Part shown: piece after piece, positions 30,591-41,495 of the stretch | How positions within the stretch are numbered: the stretch's first letter is position 1 | How the letters are laid out: the number at the start of each line of letters is the position of its first letter | Virus record (IMG/VR): IMGVR_UViG_3300020048_000056 | Span: 41,798 to 105,797 of that record | From: a virus | DNA length: 64,000 nt | Direction: 5' to 3' (one strand) | Program-made: the position numbers and the translations under genes | Notes under the pieces: generated by a model | Told to the model about the DNA's origin: nothing | What the model saw: only the letters and a program-made list of their open reading frames with translations | Databases searched by the model: none

Positions 30591-31236
30591 TCCCAGTAAT
30601 CCCACAAGTACTAGTGCCTATATGTCTGGTAGAAAGCGTTATGCCAGACCACAAGGAATGCTTTGGTCTGATAATGCTGGAACAATCATTGATGGAGTAA
30701 GATTTCCCGAAGGAACTGAGAAATCAGAGTTTATAGTTTTATCTGATCACAATAGAGCACCTATGAGTTTATCTCAACAGCGTATTGAAAATAGACAAAG
30801 AATGGTTAATGGAACAATGCGTTCATACCATATTGCAGACAAGGTTTCAATATCTTGCTCTTGGAATAGAATTCCTTCTAGATCTTATTCAAGAAATGTT
30901 CTTTTTGACGATCTTGGTAATCCAACAACTCTCGTATCAGAGGGGGTATATGCAGAGTACTCTGAATACACCGTTGACGGTGGCGCTGGAGGAGTAGAAC
31001 TGCTAGACTGGTACGAGAATCATTCAGGACCATTCTATGTCTACCTTGCCTATGACAAGTACAATAATGCATCATTTCAGGTAGGTGGTAAAGTAGAGGA
31101 CACATCCTTTGACTTCTTATCAGTCTATAACGATGTTCGATTAATGTACTTTGCTAGTTTTGAATATTCAGTAGAAAAAAGAGGCGGGACAAATTTTGAT
31201 TTCTGGTCAGTCAGCGTATCTTTGGAAGAGGTCTGA
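30580..31236 (+). CDS. Distal tail/baseplate protein (putative)
   Basis: GGAG SD, ATG 30580; RQRMVNGTMRSYHIADK; ends SLEEV. Confidence 0.65.
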   Translation: MDINPSNPTSTSAYMSGRKRYARPQGMLWSDNAGTIIDGVRFPEGTEKSEFIVLSDHNRAPMSLSQQRIENRQRMVNGTMRSYHIADKVSISCSWNRIPSRSYSRNVLFDDLGNPTTLVSEGVYAEYSEYTVDGGAGGVELLDWYENHSGPFYVYLAYDKYNNASFQVGGKVEDTSFDFLSVYNDVRLMYFASFEYSVEKRGGTNFDFWSVSVSLEEV

Positions 31237-34200
31237 TGTTTAACGATCCAACTCTAGAAACATTCCTAAAGACATCTCATACAATTGATAATGAACAGGC
31301 AGTCTGGGTGGAATGGAACCTTAATCAATCAGAGAATATTAAGAGGGTAGGGAACTATCGATACCGTCCTGGAACAAGTGACGCATACTATGGAACTATT
31401 AAATCTATCTATCAAGACGTAGATCCAATAATTTCTGAAACAGGGTTTGGCTATTACACAGGAGCAACGGATTCAGACATTGTAATTAATGCTGGCTTTG
31501 ATGACTCAGACAATCCAGCATATTTTATTGCTCCAAAGAAGAAGATGAACCTTTTATATTCCTTGGATGATTGCTTTAAGCAAAACAGACCAAGATCTGG
31601 TATCAATAAATTACTATACTTAGGTATTGTTGGTAAGGATTCTGGGGGGCAATATGTAGATAGCATCAACACCTTCAGAGAAATTAAATCAGCATTAATA
31701 ACTGATGCTCAGTCTATTGATGGATCAATACTTTACACAGCAACAAATAACTTTATTATAGGAGATTTAGTAAAGATTACTGGAACTAGCCCATCCTCAT
31801 ACGATTACCTAACTCCTCAAGCGATTACTGGTGCAGATGAAAATGGTTTTAGTATATCTGGAACAAATGCATCAGAATATATAAGTGGTGGATTAGCACA
31901 AATGGGGTATCTTTCAACAAGTAATATTGCTCGTAGACCAAGATATTACATGGCTTCACGGTATGATGACTTTAAATATTGGACTTCCTACAGAACTCAA
32001 GCCAAAGAGCAAGTAGATGAAACTACCCTTTTGATAAAAAATGTAACAGAAGAGTTTGGTATTGCTTTAAATAACAGCACTGGCACATCATCCCCCTCTT
32101 ATTATATTTATGATACGGCACCCTTTGTAGTTTATAATGAACAAGTTCCAGCAAATAGAATTACAATAAAGATGCAAACAAACGTAGGGGAAATAAACAA
32201 TGGTCCTTATCGAATGGGAGCGAGTACTCTACTGTCAGATCCATTTTATGGGGAACAGAATAAAACTGTTCCAAAGAGATGGGCCATACAGACATTAGAT
32301 ATAGATAATAATTGGACAGAGGTTATCTCATTTTCAGAGGATTCTTTGAGAAATGACGGTAGCCCCATTGTTGGTACAGATGGACAAGTAGAACTTGACT
32401 ATGGGTTAATAATTCCAGAACTGTATAAAAATAATTTTACCTTTGTTGAAGAACTTTATTCATTATCATTGCTTCCAGATTTAGCACCATATGGATATGC
32501 TTACCTATACAAAGAATCATCCACAGATAAAGGTGAGTTATATGTTAGTGACGGTGGATCTTGGATTCACGATCCTGCACAATACGCTTGGTCAATAGCA
32601 GAATTAGACATTACCAAAAATACCAAGGTAATCAAAAAACTTTCAAACCCAGATTATTATATACAAGATGAAGTAACTATCTTTAGAGAATTTCAATTTA
32701 TATCTGGAATAAGAATTGTTGTTGATACGATGAATAGGATTAACTCAACATTTGATCTTATAGAAATGTCTCCTAGATTAGTTTCAGATATAACAAAAAA
32801 GGTAATTTCTTTTTCAGTAACAAAGACTTTATCAGACTTAGGCACTTATTCAATGCCGACAGGAAACCTATTGGCATCTACTGGAAATATTAGTATCTTT
32901 GATGAGGATCTATCCTTCAATGAGAATAACCTGTTTGACCTTGAAACAAACCAAGGAAGCATTATCAGTCAGTATTCTAATACAAAGATTAAGTTTTTAT
33001 TCTATGACATTATAAAGAATATTAATGGATACGATTACTATATTCCAGTAAAAACATTATTCTCTGAGAGAATTCCACAAGTTAGTGATTCAGCAGCGGT
33101 TATTTCAATGGACCTAAGAGACTTATTCTACTTGCTTGAATCAAAGAAATCTCCAGAACTATTATTAACGAACGTATCACTTAGTTATGCCATTACAGTA
33201 TTGCTGGATAATATTGGATTTAGTAACTATGTATTTAAAAGAACAGAGGAAGATGAAGAATTAATCATTCCTTATTTCTTTGTTGGTCCAGATCAGAATA
33301 TTGCAGAAACACTTCAGCAACTAGCGGTATCATCACAAACTGCAATGTTCTTTGATGAATTTAATGATCTTGTAATTATGTCAAAAAACTATCTCCTTCC
33401 ATCAGCAGAGGCTAGGCCAACAGACCTAACTCTTTATGGTCAAGAGGAATTGATAGAAGGAGAAGTACTTTTACCAAACATTATGAATATATCTTCTCAA
33501 GAAAAAAAGGTATACAACGGTGGAGAAATCAATTACACTACAAGATATATCCAGAAGTCTATTGGGTCAATCTCTCAAGCACCATACATACAAGACTATA
33601 AAACATTTATATATAAGCCAGTACTTCTTTGGGAGGTAGCAGGACAAGAAAATACAACAACTGTCAACGAGTCTGCTGGTCAGCAGTCAGGATACTCCCT
33701 ATCAGCCATGCCACTAAGAACAGATCTATCTGGAGATATTCCAGCAATTGTTAATGGGCAGATAGTTAACAACTATATGGACTTTGGAGAAAGTATTTTC
33801 TGGATGGTAAACTACAATGGATACTTTTATTCTGGTGGGGAAGTTATTAAATATGATTCAGTTGAGTATTCTGTAGCAGGAGTGGGTAATGTTTGGATAT
33901 CAAACAATCAAGAATATCAAAACTACTTTAGCAAATTAAAGTTCAATGGAAAAATGTATCCTACTGGTAGAGTTAGAATCTACGTTAACGCTCAAAACAA
34001 TATTATTAACGAGCATGGACGAGGGCAATTTGGAACAACGATTGTAGAGCATAAGGCTGGACTATCAGATTCCCCTTGGACTGATGATATACAAGTTAGA
34101 GGATCTATTCAAAATGCAAAAGAATATTTATTTAATACAAATACAATTATCTCCTATCCAAATAACTTGGGTATAGAAAAGGCTGGAGACACTAAGATTA

Positions 34201-36623
34201 TTAATGGCGTCCCCTATACCTCAGAGTCTTATGCCATAAAATCAACAAGGAATGGCATCATTAAAAACTTTATGGCCAATACAAATATTACAGAAAATGC
34301 TGTAAATTATTACAAGACTGCTTTTTCAGGATCTGTTCAAACTTCTGCATTAATATTTAATGGACCAACTCTTCCTATAGAGATTGATCCAGTAGATTTT
34401 ATAACATACGCATACAAGGAATGTGACAAGCCGTATAAGCATTTTGGGACAAGAATGAGAATTGTTGGAAAGATTGAATCGGGCACTAACAAGGTTCAAA
34501 GTCCTATTGGATCGTTTGATTTATTCTCATCAAGCGGTACAGTATCGGGAGATCCAACTCAGCAAGTATCTATTACTGGAGGCAGTGGCGGTCTTGCCTT
34601 TGGATTGAATAAAGACACCAACGTGGGTTATTACTTTGAGATTGCAGCCTTATCACAAAACAATTTCTCATCATATGTAAACAATTCAAATGTTGACTCC
34701 TACACTATTCTAAAAAGCCCAGTTGTAAGTTCAACTAGTGATACTGTTACAGTAACATTAAACAGACAACATGACTTTGAAATAGGAACAATCGTTGTAG
34801 TTTCTGGATTAGTTGATGACGATAAAAAATCAAATGATAATACAAGACTAAACGGAGAGTTTGTCGTAACAGAAATATCTACAAATAGAAAGCAGTTCAA
34901 GTATAAAATTACTTCTGCTCCCAATGCTACAATTACCGCAGTATCTAGAATAGGATCTGGATCTAATTGGGTAGTAACCTATACTGCAAATAATTCATTT
35001 GTTGCTGGGCAGATTGTGAATATATCAGGACTATTGCCAGTAGCCTACAACATGACTGGTGCGGTAATAAGTTCTTCAACAGAGACATCCTTTAACGTAG
35101 CCGTATCATCAGACTTTGGTGCATTATCTGATCAATCAGGAACTGCAACCTATGTTCCATTAACTACGCTATCATCAAATGGAGGAACAACAACAAAAAG
35201 TCTTTCCAGTGATACGATTATTTCTAATGTATTTTTCTATAAGGTTCAATCTGGATCAAATACTGCTGATATTATTAGTAAGCAAAAAACTGGATCAACT
35301 CTAATATTAAATACTCTCAGAGATCATAAACTAGTGGTTGGTGAAGTTATTGTGGTATCTGGTGTGGGCGGAGAATTTGACGGTAGTCATCAGATCACAG
35401 CAATTGGATCAAAGTCTATTCAATATACTAGTACTTCATCAGGAACTATTGCTGTCACAGATTTAGATCCATTAGGACTAGCAACAAGTGTAAATAAGGT
35501 TGCAATTCCAAAGATACTGTGGAGAGGGTTTGCAGAAATCATTGCAGACGATGGAAAGTTTACAACCCAGTCAAGACTTACTACTGCTGGAGGAACAACC
35601 GTATATGACCTTTCCGCAGAATATATAGATATTGGAACTAGTCGTCAGTTCTACTTATACTTAAATAATAAGCAGGTAGCCGTAGTTACAGATGAAAGTC
35701 CATTACCACAATACAATAACCTAGCATTGTTTGTTCGCGGATCTTCCCGTGCAATGTTTGAGAATGTCTTTGCTCTTTCAGATGACCTTGCAACTAATAC
35801 GGCGAGAGCATTACAACTACCAATATCTAAGATCTTTGGAGATAGCCTTATTACTGAATCAGAGGCAATTAAAAAGTTTGCCATTAGTGGAATAGTTCAG
35901 AATACATACCTATCTGGAATCAGTTCAGAGAGTCCTCCAGCATATAGTTTGTATTATGAAGAATTTGGAACAATCATGCGTGAAGCAGCATACTTTAATA
36001 TTAGATATGATCGTGCATACCCTGCACTTTATGCCAAATTAGCAGAAACCATGAACAGGGTTCGTGGATATACATTATCAGGATTCATTGCTGGATCTTA
36101 TGGAGCAGAGTTTTTAATCTTCAACGCTATAGACAAGAATCTACTTTTAGATGATACTTCTGGAAACTATTTAAGAATCCTAGGAATTGCCTTTACCCAA
36201 AACACAACACACAGTTTAAAGGTGGATGACTTCTTTAAAAAGAATAGCAATTTTGCAGAAGGTATGTATAATGGGACATCTAATGCTGGACAATACCAAC
36301 AGATGTATACTGACATACAAAATAGTAGAAATAAGTATGGTAGAAATGACTTTACAATTGACACTCAATATGTTCAGACAGATGCGGCGGCAGAATCAAT
36401 GATGGACTGGATCATCAAGAAAGTCATTAGTCCAAGAAAGACGGTAGGAGTTACAGTCTTTGGAACTCCACACTTACAACTAGGAGATATTGTAAACCTT
36501 AATTACAAGAGTAGTGGAATAGATATTGTTACACCTCCCACAACTAGGTTCGTTGTGTACAATATAGAATATCAGAAGAGTAGTGGTTCAGTTTCAACTA
36601 CAATTCATTTAGCGGAGGTTTAA
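31236..36623 (+). CDS. Large minor tail/baseplate hub protein with inserted beta-modules
   Basis: 1795 aa; C-terminal PHLQLGDIV hub-like motif; repeated 'HxxxxGxxVxISG...xGxxxVT' modules. Confidence 0.75.
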   Translation: MFNDPTLETFLKTSHTIDNEQAVWVEWNLNQSENIKRVGNYRYRPGTSDAYYGTIKSIYQDVDPIISETGFGYYTGATDSDIVINAGFDDSDNPAYFIAPKKKMNLLYSLDDCFKQNRPRSGINKLLYLGIVGKDSGGQYVDSINTFREIKSALITDAQSIDGSILYTATNNFIIGDLVKITGTSPSSYDYLTPQAITGADENGFSISGTNASEYISGGLAQMGYLSTSNIARRPRYYMASRYDDFKYWTSYRTQAKEQVDETTLLIKNVTEEFGIALNNSTGTSSPSYYIYDTAPFVVYNEQVPANRITIKMQTNVGEINNGPYRMGASTLLSDPFYGEQNKTVPKRWAIQTLDIDNNWTEVISFSEDSLRNDGSPIVGTDGQVELDYGLIIPELYKNNFTFVEELYSLSLLPDLAPYGYAYLYKESSTDKGELYVSDGGSWIHDPAQYAWSIAELDITKNTKVIKKLSNPDYYIQDEVTIFREFQFISGIRIVVDTMNRINSTFDLIEMSPRLVSDITKKVISFSVTKTLSDLGTYSMPTGNLLASTGNISIFDEDLSFNENNLFDLETNQGSIISQYSNTKIKFLFYDIIKNINGYDYYIPVKTLFSERIPQVSDSAAVISMDLRDLFYLLESKKSPELLLTNVSLSYAITVLLDNIGFSNYVFKRTEEDEELIIPYFFVGPDQNIAETLQQLAVSSQTAMFFDEFNDLVIMSKNYLLPSAEARPTDLTLYGQEELIEGEVLLPNIMNISSQEKKVYNGGEINYTTRYIQKSIGSISQAPYIQDYKTFIYKPVLLWEVAGQENTTTVNESAGQQSGYSLSAMPLRTDLSGDIPAIVNGQIVNNYMDFGESIFWMVNYNGYFYSGGEVIKYDSVEYSVAGVGNVWISNNQEYQNYFSKLKFNGKMYPTGRVRIYVNAQNNIINEHGRGQFGTTIVEHKAGLSDSPWTDDIQVRGSIQNAKEYLFNTNTIISYPNNLGIEKAGDTKIINGVPYTSESYAIKSTRNGIIKNFMANTNITENAVNYYKTAFSGSVQTSALIFNGPTLPIEIDPVDFITYAYKECDKPYKHFGTRMRIVGKIESGTNKVQSPIGSFDLFSSSGTVSGDPTQQVSITGGSGGLAFGLNKDTNVGYYFEIAALSQNNFSSYVNNSNVDSYTILKSPVVSSTSDTVTVTLNRQHDFEIGTIVVVSGLVDDDKKSNDNTRLNGEFVVTEISTNRKQFKYKITSAPNATITAVSRIGSGSNWVVTYTANNSFVAGQIVNISGLLPVAYNMTGAVISSSTETSFNVAVSSDFGALSDQSGTATYVPLTTLSSNGGTTTKSLSSDTIISNVFFYKVQSGSNTADIISKQKTGSTLILNTLRDHKLVVGEVIVVSGVGGEFDGSHQITAIGSKSIQYTSTSSGTIAVTDLDPLGLATSVNKVAIPKILWRGFAEIIADDGKFTTQSRLTTAGGTTVYDLSAEYIDIGTSRQFYLYLNNKQVAVVTDESPLPQYNNLALFVRGSSRAMFENVFALSDDLATNTARALQLPISKIFGDSLITESEAIKKFAISGIVQNTYLSGISSESPPAYSLYYEEFGTIMREAAYFNIRYDRAYPALYAKLAETMNRVRGYTLSGFIAGSYGAEFLIFNAIDKNLLLDDTSGNYLRILGIAFTQNTTHSLKVDDFFKKNSNFAEGMYNGTSNAGQYQQMYTDIQNSRNKYGRNDFTIDTQYVQTDAAAESMMDWIIKKVISPRKTVGVTVFGTPHLQLGDIVNLNYKSSGIDIVTPPTTRFVVYNIEYQKSSGSVSTTIHLAEV

Positions 36624-36624
36624 T

Positions 36625-37326
36625 ATGGGCGCTTGGCAAGATATGGTCAATGCGGTAGCCGCAGCAAACACTGCATATGAAAATGCTCAAAACGCTAGAG
36701 TTATCAATGGCCAGCAAGGTATGCTTGCTACCTATGGACCAGATACTGCTGGCATGAGAGCGGCAGTTGAAGCCAGAGATGCTGCTCAGAGAGCATATGA
36801 TGCTAGTCAGGCATCTGTGTCAGTTAATCAAGCATCTCCTGCGCCACCCCCTGCTGCATCAGCACCTATCCCTGCCCCTCCTCCAGCACCAGTACTTCCC
36901 CAATTCAGACAGATGCAGCCAAACTACAAGACTTTTAAAGTTGCTCCCATAGACACTATTCAGTTTGATGATAATGCCGTAGAAATAGCAATGATAACTG
37001 ATCTATTGTTTGAAGATATTGGGGCAGTCGAATTAGCCAATATTTCTCGTACAGATCTTATTGACGGAATAGAAGTCCTCTATGCACCAATTAAAAATCT
37101 TTCAATAATGAGAAGAGACTATAATCCAAACAACATTGTTGCTACGTCCTACTCTACTGACTATTTCTCAAGGTTCGGAATAGATCTATCGACTAAGGGT
37201 ATCCATGAACCCTACTTTGATGATAATGGAAACCTTGTTGTAGAGATTGATATTGTATCAAGTGAAGAGGAAATTCAAGTTCAAATATTGACGAATGGTA
37301 CAATTAGCGAGGTGAATGACATATGA
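36625..37326 (+). CDS. Minor tail protein with Pro/Ala-rich linker
   Basis: Tail operon context. Confidence 0.6.
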   Translation: MGAWQDMVNAVAAANTAYENAQNARVINGQQGMLATYGPDTAGMRAAVEARDAAQRAYDASQASVSVNQASPAPPPAASAPIPAPPPAPVLPQFRQMQPNYKTFKVAPIDTIQFDDNAVEIAMITDLLFEDIGAVELANISRTDLIDGIEVLYAPIKNLSIMRRDYNPNNIVATSYSTDYFSRFGIDLSTKGIHEPYFDDNGNLVVEIDIVSSEEEIQVQILTNGTISEVNDI

Positions 37327-38753
37327 TTACAAACGATGGTAAAGAAATTATCTCGAAATTCTTATTAGGACAAGTTCCTTCTTATGCAACGCATCTATCA
37401 ATCGGATGTGGTGCAGTGCCTTTAGCATTAGATGAAAATCTTCCAGTAAACCTTCATGCAAAGCAGATGATGGATTTTGAAATGACTCGTGTTCCTATCT
37501 CATCAAAAGGATTTACCGATGATTCTAAAACTTATTCCATCAGTTTTAAAGCAGTGGATTCAAATGTTGTAACCTTGACGACATCTACAGCCCATGACAT
37601 TGTTGCTGGGGAAACAGTTATTATATCTGGGGTAGATTCTATACTTGATGGACAGTATAGAGTAACTGGAACAAATTATCCAACTAATACTACATTTAGT
37701 TATTCTTTAGTTACAGTAGATATTCTTTCTCCTTTGCCAGTATCTCCAGTAGGCTCAGTAATAGTTTCAAGAACAAAGATATCTCTTACCGCAGAAATAC
37801 CAAGTGATAATAGATACGAAATAACCGAGGTTGCCATATGGTCTGCGGGAAGTAATAGTTTGGCATCTCAATATGAAAGTAGAGTTATGTTTAATTTTAC
37901 TCAATCTTGGCAGAAGCATTTTGGTGTCGCTGGTGCAGGTTCAACTATCGAATCTATCCCATTGAATACTAACTTGGGCTATGATTCTGAAACTAAATTA
38001 ACAGGTGTAGATATTAAGGAGCCCTCGAATCTATTTTTTGCAGAAACTAACGACCCAATATTTCAAACAACTGATCGTAAGGATAGGAAGGAAGGCCCAA
38101 GGCATCTAAATAGAACGCTAATGGCCAAGGGGAACCTTTCAGTAATAAATATGCCAGATGGATTAGATGGTAATTGGGTAGTAGATCCTGAGAATGCTAC
38201 ACACGCACAATTAGACAATATTAACTTTGATATATCTGGAAACAATACTGCGGACATCCTAAAGTTAGCATTCTCTCTAGTTGATAAAACATCAATAGAT
38301 ATGGCTCCCGTTTCAGATATAAAGATACTAATAGAATTTTATAAAACTAGGGTAAATACTACAAGTGGCTACGCTAAAGCACAGATTTATATTCCTGGAT
38401 CGTATTTTGCTACAGATAGATATAATGTTTCTTCTTGGGAAATATCTCAGAGCATTGATTATAGCAATGAGGCGGCAAGTTTGAGTCTTCCTTATACTCG
38501 TTTCTTTACTTCAGCAGATTTTAGTTCATCAGAAGTAAGACTATGTAGAATCTTTGTTGATGTAACAGAAACTTCAGAGGAAGATGGAAGTCATTATATT
38601 GCTTTTGATGGTTTTAGAATTGAAAATACAACAGAAAATCCAGTATATAAGATGTCTGGATACTCTGTAATTAAGTATGATGGATATCCCATTATTAAAT
38701 CTGCAAATACAAATAATTATGTTGACTTTAGATTCTCTCTTGGAGTATCATAA
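37323..38753 (+). CDS. Minor tail protein
   Basis: MITNDGKEII.K.LLG start typical of fibre-collar/baseplate proteins. Confidence 0.65.
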   Translation: MITNDGKEIISKFLLGQVPSYATHLSIGCGAVPLALDENLPVNLHAKQMMDFEMTRVPISSKGFTDDSKTYSISFKAVDSNVVTLTTSTAHDIVAGETVIISGVDSILDGQYRVTGTNYPTNTTFSYSLVTVDILSPLPVSPVGSVIVSRTKISLTAEIPSDNRYEITEVAIWSAGSNSLASQYESRVMFNFTQSWQKHFGVAGAGSTIESIPLNTNLGYDSETKLTGVDIKEPSNLFFAETNDPIFQTTDRKDRKEGPRHLNRTLMAKGNLSVINMPDGLDGNWVVDPENATHAQLDNINFDISGNNTADILKLAFSLVDKTSIDMAPVSDIKILIEFYKTRVNTTSGYAKAQIYIPGSYFATDRYNVSSWEISQSIDYSNEAASLSLPYTRFFTSADFSSSEVRLCRIFVDVTETSEEDGSHYIAFDGFRIENTTENPVYKMSGYSVIKYDGYPIIKSANTNNYVDFRFSLGVS

Positions 38754-39571
38754 TGGCAAGGATCATAATTCCTAAAGAGAACTTTCCAGATCCAAGTATA
38801 TACAACCCTTCATATCAAATTAGATTTAGGTTACTAGCAGAGAATAAGAATAGAACGTCTGCTTGGAGTCCAATATTTCCTGTAAATCCAGAAGTATTTT
38901 TTGAAAGAGGTACAAGAGAATTACGGGGGTATATAGAGATAGAAAAGGTAGGATCAAAACAAGTAAACATTGTATGGGACTTTGTAACAGGATACAGAGA
39001 TAGTGGGACTGAGATTTTAGACGTAGGAAAGGTCCAAGAATATGACCTTTGGATTAGGTGGGCCGTCGCAGGTGGGGCTACGCCAAGTGAATGGATATAT
39101 AGGGGAAGAATTTCATCAACTTCCTTAAACATCACAATACCATCAGAATACCCATACAAAGATCCTATAACTGGAATAATAACACTAATAGATAATCCAA
39201 AATACCTTTATGCAGAAGTGTATCGCCCATCAAGAGAAATTACAAGATATGAGCAAACTGCAACATTTCCTCAAAATGCTTCAACAGTAGATATTAGTAG
39301 TGACACTTTTATATTTCCTCAAGGTCATGGATCAAGTACTGGAACTCCAGGTCTTTATACATCGACAACGCCTGTAGGTGGACTAACAAGCGGTGTCACT
39401 TATTATACAAGAACTATAGATTACTATAAAATCTCCTTGTATCCAACCTTAGCAGATGCCATGGCGTATACAGAAACAAATAAGATAAACCTAACAGGAA
39501 CTCCTGCGGGGTATGGGTCATTTACAGGATACCCATTAAGAATGTACAATGACCTAATTACCACCCTATGA
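38753..39571 (+). CDS. Minor tail protein
   Basis: Fn3-like 'Y.IRFR...NRTSAWSP'; operon context. Confidence 0.6.
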   Translation: MARIIIPKENFPDPSIYNPSYQIRFRLLAENKNRTSAWSPIFPVNPEVFFERGTRELRGYIEIEKVGSKQVNIVWDFVTGYRDSGTEILDVGKVQEYDLWIRWAVAGGATPSEWIYRGRISSTSLNITIPSEYPYKDPITGIITLIDNPKYLYAEVYRPSREITRYEQTATFPQNASTVDISSDTFIFPQGHGSSTGTPGLYTSTTPVGGLTSGVTYYTRTIDYYKISLYPTLADAMAYTETNKINLTGTPAGYGSFTGYPLRMYNDLITTL

Positions 39572-39586
39572 TGGTATAATTTTCAC

Positions 39587-40030
39587 ATGGCTAAAATTCC
39601 TCTTCCAGACCGTGGGCAACCCCTAGACGTTACATATATCTATCAGATTGCTAACGCTATTAATGAGGTTTCAAATGAAATATCCTCAGCAACCTATAAT
39701 TACACAACTATCTCAACAAGAGATGCTGGTAATCAGGTCATTCAAACTAGGGCTGCAAGAATAATTGCAGGATTCGTAGACATTGTAACTAATGAATCTA
39801 TTACTGCTGGAACAACTAGATCATTCTCATTTCCTTATCCATCAGACTTCAAGTATCCCCCAGTTGCTACTGCAACAGTCGTTAACAGAGGCACAAGTGA
39901 TATTGGAGATGATGTTACAGTTGTCATTAGATCAATTACGACATCTCGTATCGAAGGAGTAGTTAAGTTTAACTCTTCTGGACAAGTAACAACTACAGTA
40001 AACATTACCGCAATCGGTATTCCTACATGA
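39587..40030 (+). CDS. Minor tail protein (H-type lectin-like C-terminus)
   Basis: 'FP..FKYPPVATAT...VNITAIG'; leaderless promoter TGGTATAAT at 39572-39580. Confidence 0.6.
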   Translation: MAKIPLPDRGQPLDVTYIYQIANAINEVSNEISSATYNYTTISTRDAGNQVIQTRAARIIAGFVDIVTNESITAGTTRSFSFPYPSDFKYPPVATATVVNRGTSDIGDDVTVVIRSITTSRIEGVVKFNSSGQVTTTVNITAIGIPT

Positions 40031-40045
40031 TATAATTTTTACATT

Positions 40046-40237
40046 ATGTTGACATGTGTAAAATGCACAGGAAGAATGTTTTTAGATAGAGCGTTTTCTG
40101 AAGTAAATCACATGGAATCCTTTTGCATTCGTTGTGGAGCAAGAAACTTTTATCATAATTTTAATAAGACAAGTGGAGAGACAGCATGGCTTTGGCTAAT
40201 GGAGAAGAAGAGGAAGGCAGCCTCAATATCCCAGTAA
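40046..40237 (+). CDS. Small Zn-ribbon protein
   Basis: CVKC...CIRCG; TGATATAAT at 40028-40036. Confidence 0.7.
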   Translation: MLTCVKCTGRMFLDRAFSEVNHMESFCIRCGARNFYHNFNKTSGETAWLWLMEKKRKAASISQ

Positions 40238-40728
40238 TACAAAGGCCAAGAAGGAAAACCTTCTTCCTTAATGGGGATATAGTTAGAATTACTCACGTTA
40301 GTCGTGCCCAAGGGTTAGTAACCTTATGGAATTGCACAAAGATGAATTCTATGATGATTGATATGTTAGAATTTAAACGCAAGAGAAGGCGTGCATATAC
40401 TGTATCTGAAACTGCCAAACTTCTAAACTATCACAAGAAAACAATTCCAAGACTAATTAGGATAGGGATGTTGCCAGTTCCAATGGGGGAACTTCCAAAT
40501 GGAGAACGAGCATTTCATTACTTATCTTATTATTCTGAAGATCATATACGGGATGCAAGAAATCTTATGGCTCAAACTCACATGGGTAGGCAAAGAAAAG
40601 ATGGATTAATAACCAATAATAAAACACCTACAGAGCAAGAATTGCGCTTTGCAATGGGTGATGGTATGATCTTTTATGTCAAGAATGAAGAGGGTAAGTT
40701 TATCCCCACATTCTCTGAAACCGTTTAG
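40186..40728 (+). CDS. MerR-like HTH DNA-binding protein
   Basis: YTVSETAKLLNYHKKTIPRLIRIG...YYSEDHI. Confidence 0.75.
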   Translation: MALANGEEEEGSLNIPVIQRPRRKTFFLNGDIVRITHVSRAQGLVTLWNCTKMNSMMIDMLEFKRKRRRAYTVSETAKLLNYHKKTIPRLIRIGMLPVPMGELPNGERAFHYLSYYSEDHIRDARNLMAQTHMGRQRKDGLITNNKTPTEQELRFAMGDGMIFYVKNEEGKFIPTFSETV

Positions 40729-40732
40729 GGTA

Positions 40733-40762
40733 TTGACAGAACCATAACAGTAGTGTTATGCT
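40733..40762 (+). promoter_or_regulatory. Housekeeping-sigma promoter for the replication module
   Basis: TTGACA-N18-TATGCT with a TG extension. Confidence 0.7.
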
Positions 40763-40789
40763 TTTACCACAACAACAGAAAGGACTCCA

Positions 40790-40987
40790 ATGGAGCCTAC
40801 AAAAATTTCATGGTCCGTGGGATATACCTACAATACTGGAAACTTCCAGAATCTACGGCTTGATTGTTCAGTAACAGATTACAAGCATGAGGATGAGACA
40901 ATGACTCAGGCATCCAATCGGGTGTATGCTTTCGTAGAGAATCAACTTATGGCAAAGTTGAATGAGGCAAAGAAGGATCTAGGATGA
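40790..40987 (+). CDS. Hypothetical protein
   Basis: GYTYNTGNFQNLRLD motif; AAGGA SD. Confidence 0.7.
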   Translation: MEPTKISWSVGYTYNTGNFQNLRLDCSVTDYKHEDETMTQASNRVYAFVENQLMAKLNEAKKDLG

Positions 40988-41169
40988 GTTTAGCGTATGA
41001 GGCAGTGAATGAAAACTCTCGTGTGTTTGTTGCATATGGGGAGTCACCAGTAAAGGTACTCAAGAATATGGCAAGGCTCCTAAGGAAGAACAATATTGTT
41101 TGGTGGTCAGCATCAGCAGTTTACTATGATGAGTCTGAAAATATCTTTTATATGAATATCTACGTCTAG
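40984..41169 (+). CDS. Hypothetical protein
   Basis: ATGA coupling. Confidence 0.6.
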   Translation: MSLAYEAVNENSRVFVAYGESPVKVLKNMARLLRKNNIVWWSASAVYYDESENIFYMNIYV

Positions 41170-41177
41170 GGGTTACA

Positions 41178-41495
41178 ATGGCAGATCGCAAGGAACGATT
41201 CGCACTTATTACTCGCTTTGAAAAGCATTGCAAGATAAATAATGTGTCATCCCCCATCATCAATAAATATGGTGAGCAATGGGCGGCAGATGCACTGATT
41301 GAATCATTTACAATCGATGACTTGTATGCAGCAATAGAGTATTACTTTAGTATCAACTCCCATCCTTCTTGGAAGGGATTTGCTAACAATGCGGGTCGTC
41401 TGCTAGAATCCATGAAAGCAAAGCAAGAGGATGAAGAGTTTCGCGCAGATATGCGCCAGAAAGCAAAGGAGTGGCTAAATGAATCTAGAGGCTAA
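41178..41495 (+). CDS. Hypothetical protein (possible helicase loader or initiator)
   Basis: Directly upstream of and overlapping DnaB. Confidence 0.6.
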   Translation: MADRKERFALITRFEKHCKINNVSSPIINKYGEQWAADALIESFTIDDLYAAIEYYFSINSHPSWKGFANNAGRLLESMKAKQEDEEFRADMRQKAKEWLNESRG

